From assembly GCA_965205345.1 (NCBI GenBank), contig CBDBGQ010000039.1:19600-83599 (forward strand): a DNA stretch of 64,000 nt, read 5' to 3'. Shown here one piece after another: positions 61,712 through 64,000 of the stretch. How positions within the stretch are numbered: position 1 is the stretch's first letter; each line of letters opens with the position of its first letter. Source of the DNA: Acidobacteriota bacterium (lineage in GTDB: Bacteria; Acidobacteriota; UBA6911; RPQK01; CBDAPI01). The notes beneath the pieces are model-generated. The model searched no databases and was not told the origin of the DNA. It saw only the letters and a list, made by a program, of their open reading frames with translations. A program made the translations under genes and the position numbers.

Positions 61712-63279
61712 ATGCTCTTTAACTCTCACATTTTCATCTTTTTCTTTGTGCCCATCACCTTGCTGGTTTTTCACCAAAGTGGTCGAAGGGGAAAGCATAG
61801 ACTTGCCATTAGTTGGCTCGTTGCAGCATCATTTGTCTTCTACGGTTGGTGGAACCCACCCTATTCTCGGATTAATTCTGATATCCATACTTTTCAATTA
61901 TGTTTTGGGCGTCTCTTTATCTAGGATACCTCGAAAGACTCTGCTCATTGTCGGCATATCTGGAAACCTTGCTCTTTTGGGATACTTTAAGTACGCCAAT
62001 TTCTTTACAGACACCCTTAACACACTCACAGACGCTAACATCGCGCTACAACAAATCGTTCTTCCGATCGCAATTTCATTTTTCACGTTTCAGCAGATCA
62101 CCTATCTAGTAGATGCATACCGTGGAGAAACAGAGGAGTACAACTTTCTGCACTACTGCCTGTTTGTCACGTTTTTCCCCCCAATTGATCGCGGGTCCGA
62201 TCGTTCACCATAAAGAAATGCTCCCCCAGTTTGCAGAAAAGTCGCTGTACAAGATTAAGGCCGACAACCTTGCTGTAGGCGTAACCATATTCAGCATCGG
62301 CCTGTTCAAGAAAGTGATTCTCGCTGATGGCATTGCAGTTTACGCGACCCCGATGTTCGACGCAGCAGAATGGTATGATTCTTTGACTTTCTTTGAGGCA
62401 TGGTGTGGCGCGCTTGCATACTCACTCCAGTTGTATTTTGATTTTTCGGGTTACTCTGACATGGCCATTGGCATCGCCCGAATGTTTGGCGTGAAGCTTC
62501 CCATTAATTTCTACTCCCCTTACAAGGCGCACAATATTATTGAGTTCTGGCGACGGTGGCACATCACCCTATCCAGATTCCTACGAGACTATCTCTATTT
62601 TCCAATCGGCGGAAATCGAAGGGGAGTCTCGCGACGATACGTGAACGTAATGATTACAATGCTACTTGGAGGACTATGGCACGGCGCCGGCTGGACATTC
62701 GTAGTCTGGGGGGGTCTTCACGGCGGTTACATAATTATCAACGACGGATGGTTGGCAATCAGGAAGCGGTTCTTGGGCGATAAAGCAGGAGACAATACTC
62801 TAGTGGGCAGGGCAACTGGGCGAATCATGACGTTTACTGTTGTCGTTATTGCCTGGGTTGTCTTCCGTGCGGAAAGTTTGGACGGAGCCATGAATATGTA
62901 CGCTGCGATGTTCGGGTTAAATGGCATATCGTTGCCATGGGAATTGGTGGGAACACTTGGTGCCTTAGAATCTTGGCTGCTAGGTTTGGGAGTCACTTTC
63001 GACGGCGCGTTCTACAACACTTTCGTTGAAGAGACCACCTCAGGAGGCGTATTTATCGCTTCTCTCTTACTATTGGTTTGGTTCTTTCCAAATACTCTTG
63101 AATGTATGACAAATCAGCGACCTGCCCTCGGGTTAGACAGATTTGGTATCGAACCAACGACCGTTCGTTTGACCCGTTGGAGGCCGCGGACGGGGTGGGC
63201 GATAGGCGTTGCCACGCTGGCCCTATTTTCGATTTTATCTCTGACAAACGTAAGCGAGTTTCTCTATTTTCAATTCTGA
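61712..63279 (+). pseudogene. MBOAT family O-acyltransferase (AlgI/DltB-like) with two frameshifts
   Basis: MLFNSHIFIFFFVPITLLVF...FYGWWNP (frame 1), then ILGLILISILFNYVLG...FFTFQQITYLVDAYRG...VTFFP (frame 2), then QLIAGPIVHHKEM...YFDFSGYSDMAIG...FWRRWHITLSRFLRDYLYFPIGG...LWHGAGW (frame 3). The second shift is in a C6 run at about 62178-62183. Confidence 0.8.
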
Positions 63280-63285
63280 ATAGCT

Positions 63286-64000
63286 ATGTGTACCTTAACC
63301 TCAAAGCGATATTTGCAGGTCATTTGTGTATTCGTTGCTACACCTCTTGTTTGTGTATTTATCGTCAATTGCGTGATTGATCCACTTTGGTATTTGAAGG
63401 GCAATGTGATCACTTCAGAAAACTACGCCTTTGACGAACGCTTATCCAAAACCAATCGACTTCTAAGGATGTCAGGGGATATCGATAGTTTTATTTTTGG
63501 CAGCTCGAGAGTTACCTTGATCAAGGAAACGACTATAAATAACCATAGATGTTTCAACTATTCGTTTTCAGCCGGAAAGATAGGTGAATTCGTCGCTTTT
63601 GGTACTTATATCAAGAGTTTAGGTTTCGCTCCGAAACTCGTTATCGTAGGAGTGGATGGGTTAAACTTTTTTGCGAAGAGTGTTAACGACTCGATACCAG
63701 ACTTCATACGGAGTCGAACGAGACCGCCGTCCTTTATGGAATATTATTCATCACTTGATGCCTTCAAACTTTCGCTTCGAAGCTTGCAAAAGAAGTCGCC
63801 ACGACGGAGATATTATGCGAGCGAGGTTTCTCCAAGGATCATAAGCGGTACGCTTCCATACGACCTATCGAGAAAAGGCCCCAACTGGGAAAAGAAATAC
63901 AAACGAACCAAACCATATTACCCGGGCAGGATTACCCGGTATCGACGACTGGTAGAACTCTTCCAAGATTCCCGTATCATATTTTATGTTCCGCCTATTG
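63286..64000 (+). CDS. membrane-anchored hypothetical protein, possible DltD/AlgJ-type partner of the MBOAT (runs off window)
   Basis: Own translation from ATG 63286: MCTLTSKRYLQVICVFVATPLVCVFIVNCVIDPLWYLKGN...SFIFGSSRVTLIK..., open to the window end. The functional call rests on gene context and the GSS motif only. Confidence 0.45.
   Translation, partial: MCTLTSKRYLQVICVFVATPLVCVFIVNCVIDPLWYLKGNVITSENYAFDERLSKTNRLLRMSGDIDSFIFGSSRVTLIKETTINNHRCFNYSFSAGKIGEFVAFGTYIKSLGFAPKLVIVGVDGLNFFAKSVNDSIPDFIRSRTRPPSFMEYYSSLDAFKLSLRSLQKKSPRRRYYASEVSPRIISGTLPYDLSRKGPNWEKKYKRTKPYYPGRITRYRRLVELFQDSRIIFYVPPI

Overview
High-GC chromosomal segment from a Gram-negative bacterium. The gene content (PSCyt/DUF1549/DUF1553 protein, Gsp-type T2SS, many ECF sigma/anti-sigma pairs) suggests an Acidobacteriota- or PVC-like organism, but this is inference only. 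Most of the window is ordinary housekeeping DNA: a gspE-F-G-H-I-J-K type II secretion operon (1-6123, minus strand), two ECF sigma/anti-sigma modules, an M23 peptidase, tmRNA, polA, uvrA, polB, coaE, rlmD, plsC, a CoxL-like molybdo-hydroxylase, a VKOR-DsbA fusion, an HPF-like protein, ABC permeases, glycosyltransferases, and sulfatase/alkaline-phosphatase-family enzymes. Five things stand out. (1) Almost every intergenic gap holds short tandem arrays of 7-nt units (CGTGRAA, CCTGGAA, GGTTCTR/GAACCYA, GGTTGAA, AGTGGAA and similar). The arrays sit 0-13 nt from start or stop codons. They often occur as inverted pairs, 5'-(TTYCACG)n...(CGTGRAA)n-3', bracketing 110-180 nt cores, and some of those cores are homologous to each other (MITE- or ncRNA-like family). 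(2) There are three near-identical 1380-bp IS256-family copies that all carry the same +1 frameshift, one further intact IS256-family transposase, and an rve-like DDE element. (3) A decayed island lies next to tmRNA, bounded by a 15-bp duplicate of the tmRNA 3' end. (4) GTAG-headed REP/REPIN-like palindromes are present. (5) A visibly lower-GC block after the third IS copy carries a frameshifted MBOAT gene. Several genes are frameshifted or truncated (amidase, MBOAT, cysteine-synthase remnant, DUF1501 remnant, glycoside hydrolase), so read-level verification is needed before any of them is called a pseudogene. Many long ORFs in the six-frame track are antisense shadows of real genes, as expected at this GC content, and were not annotated.
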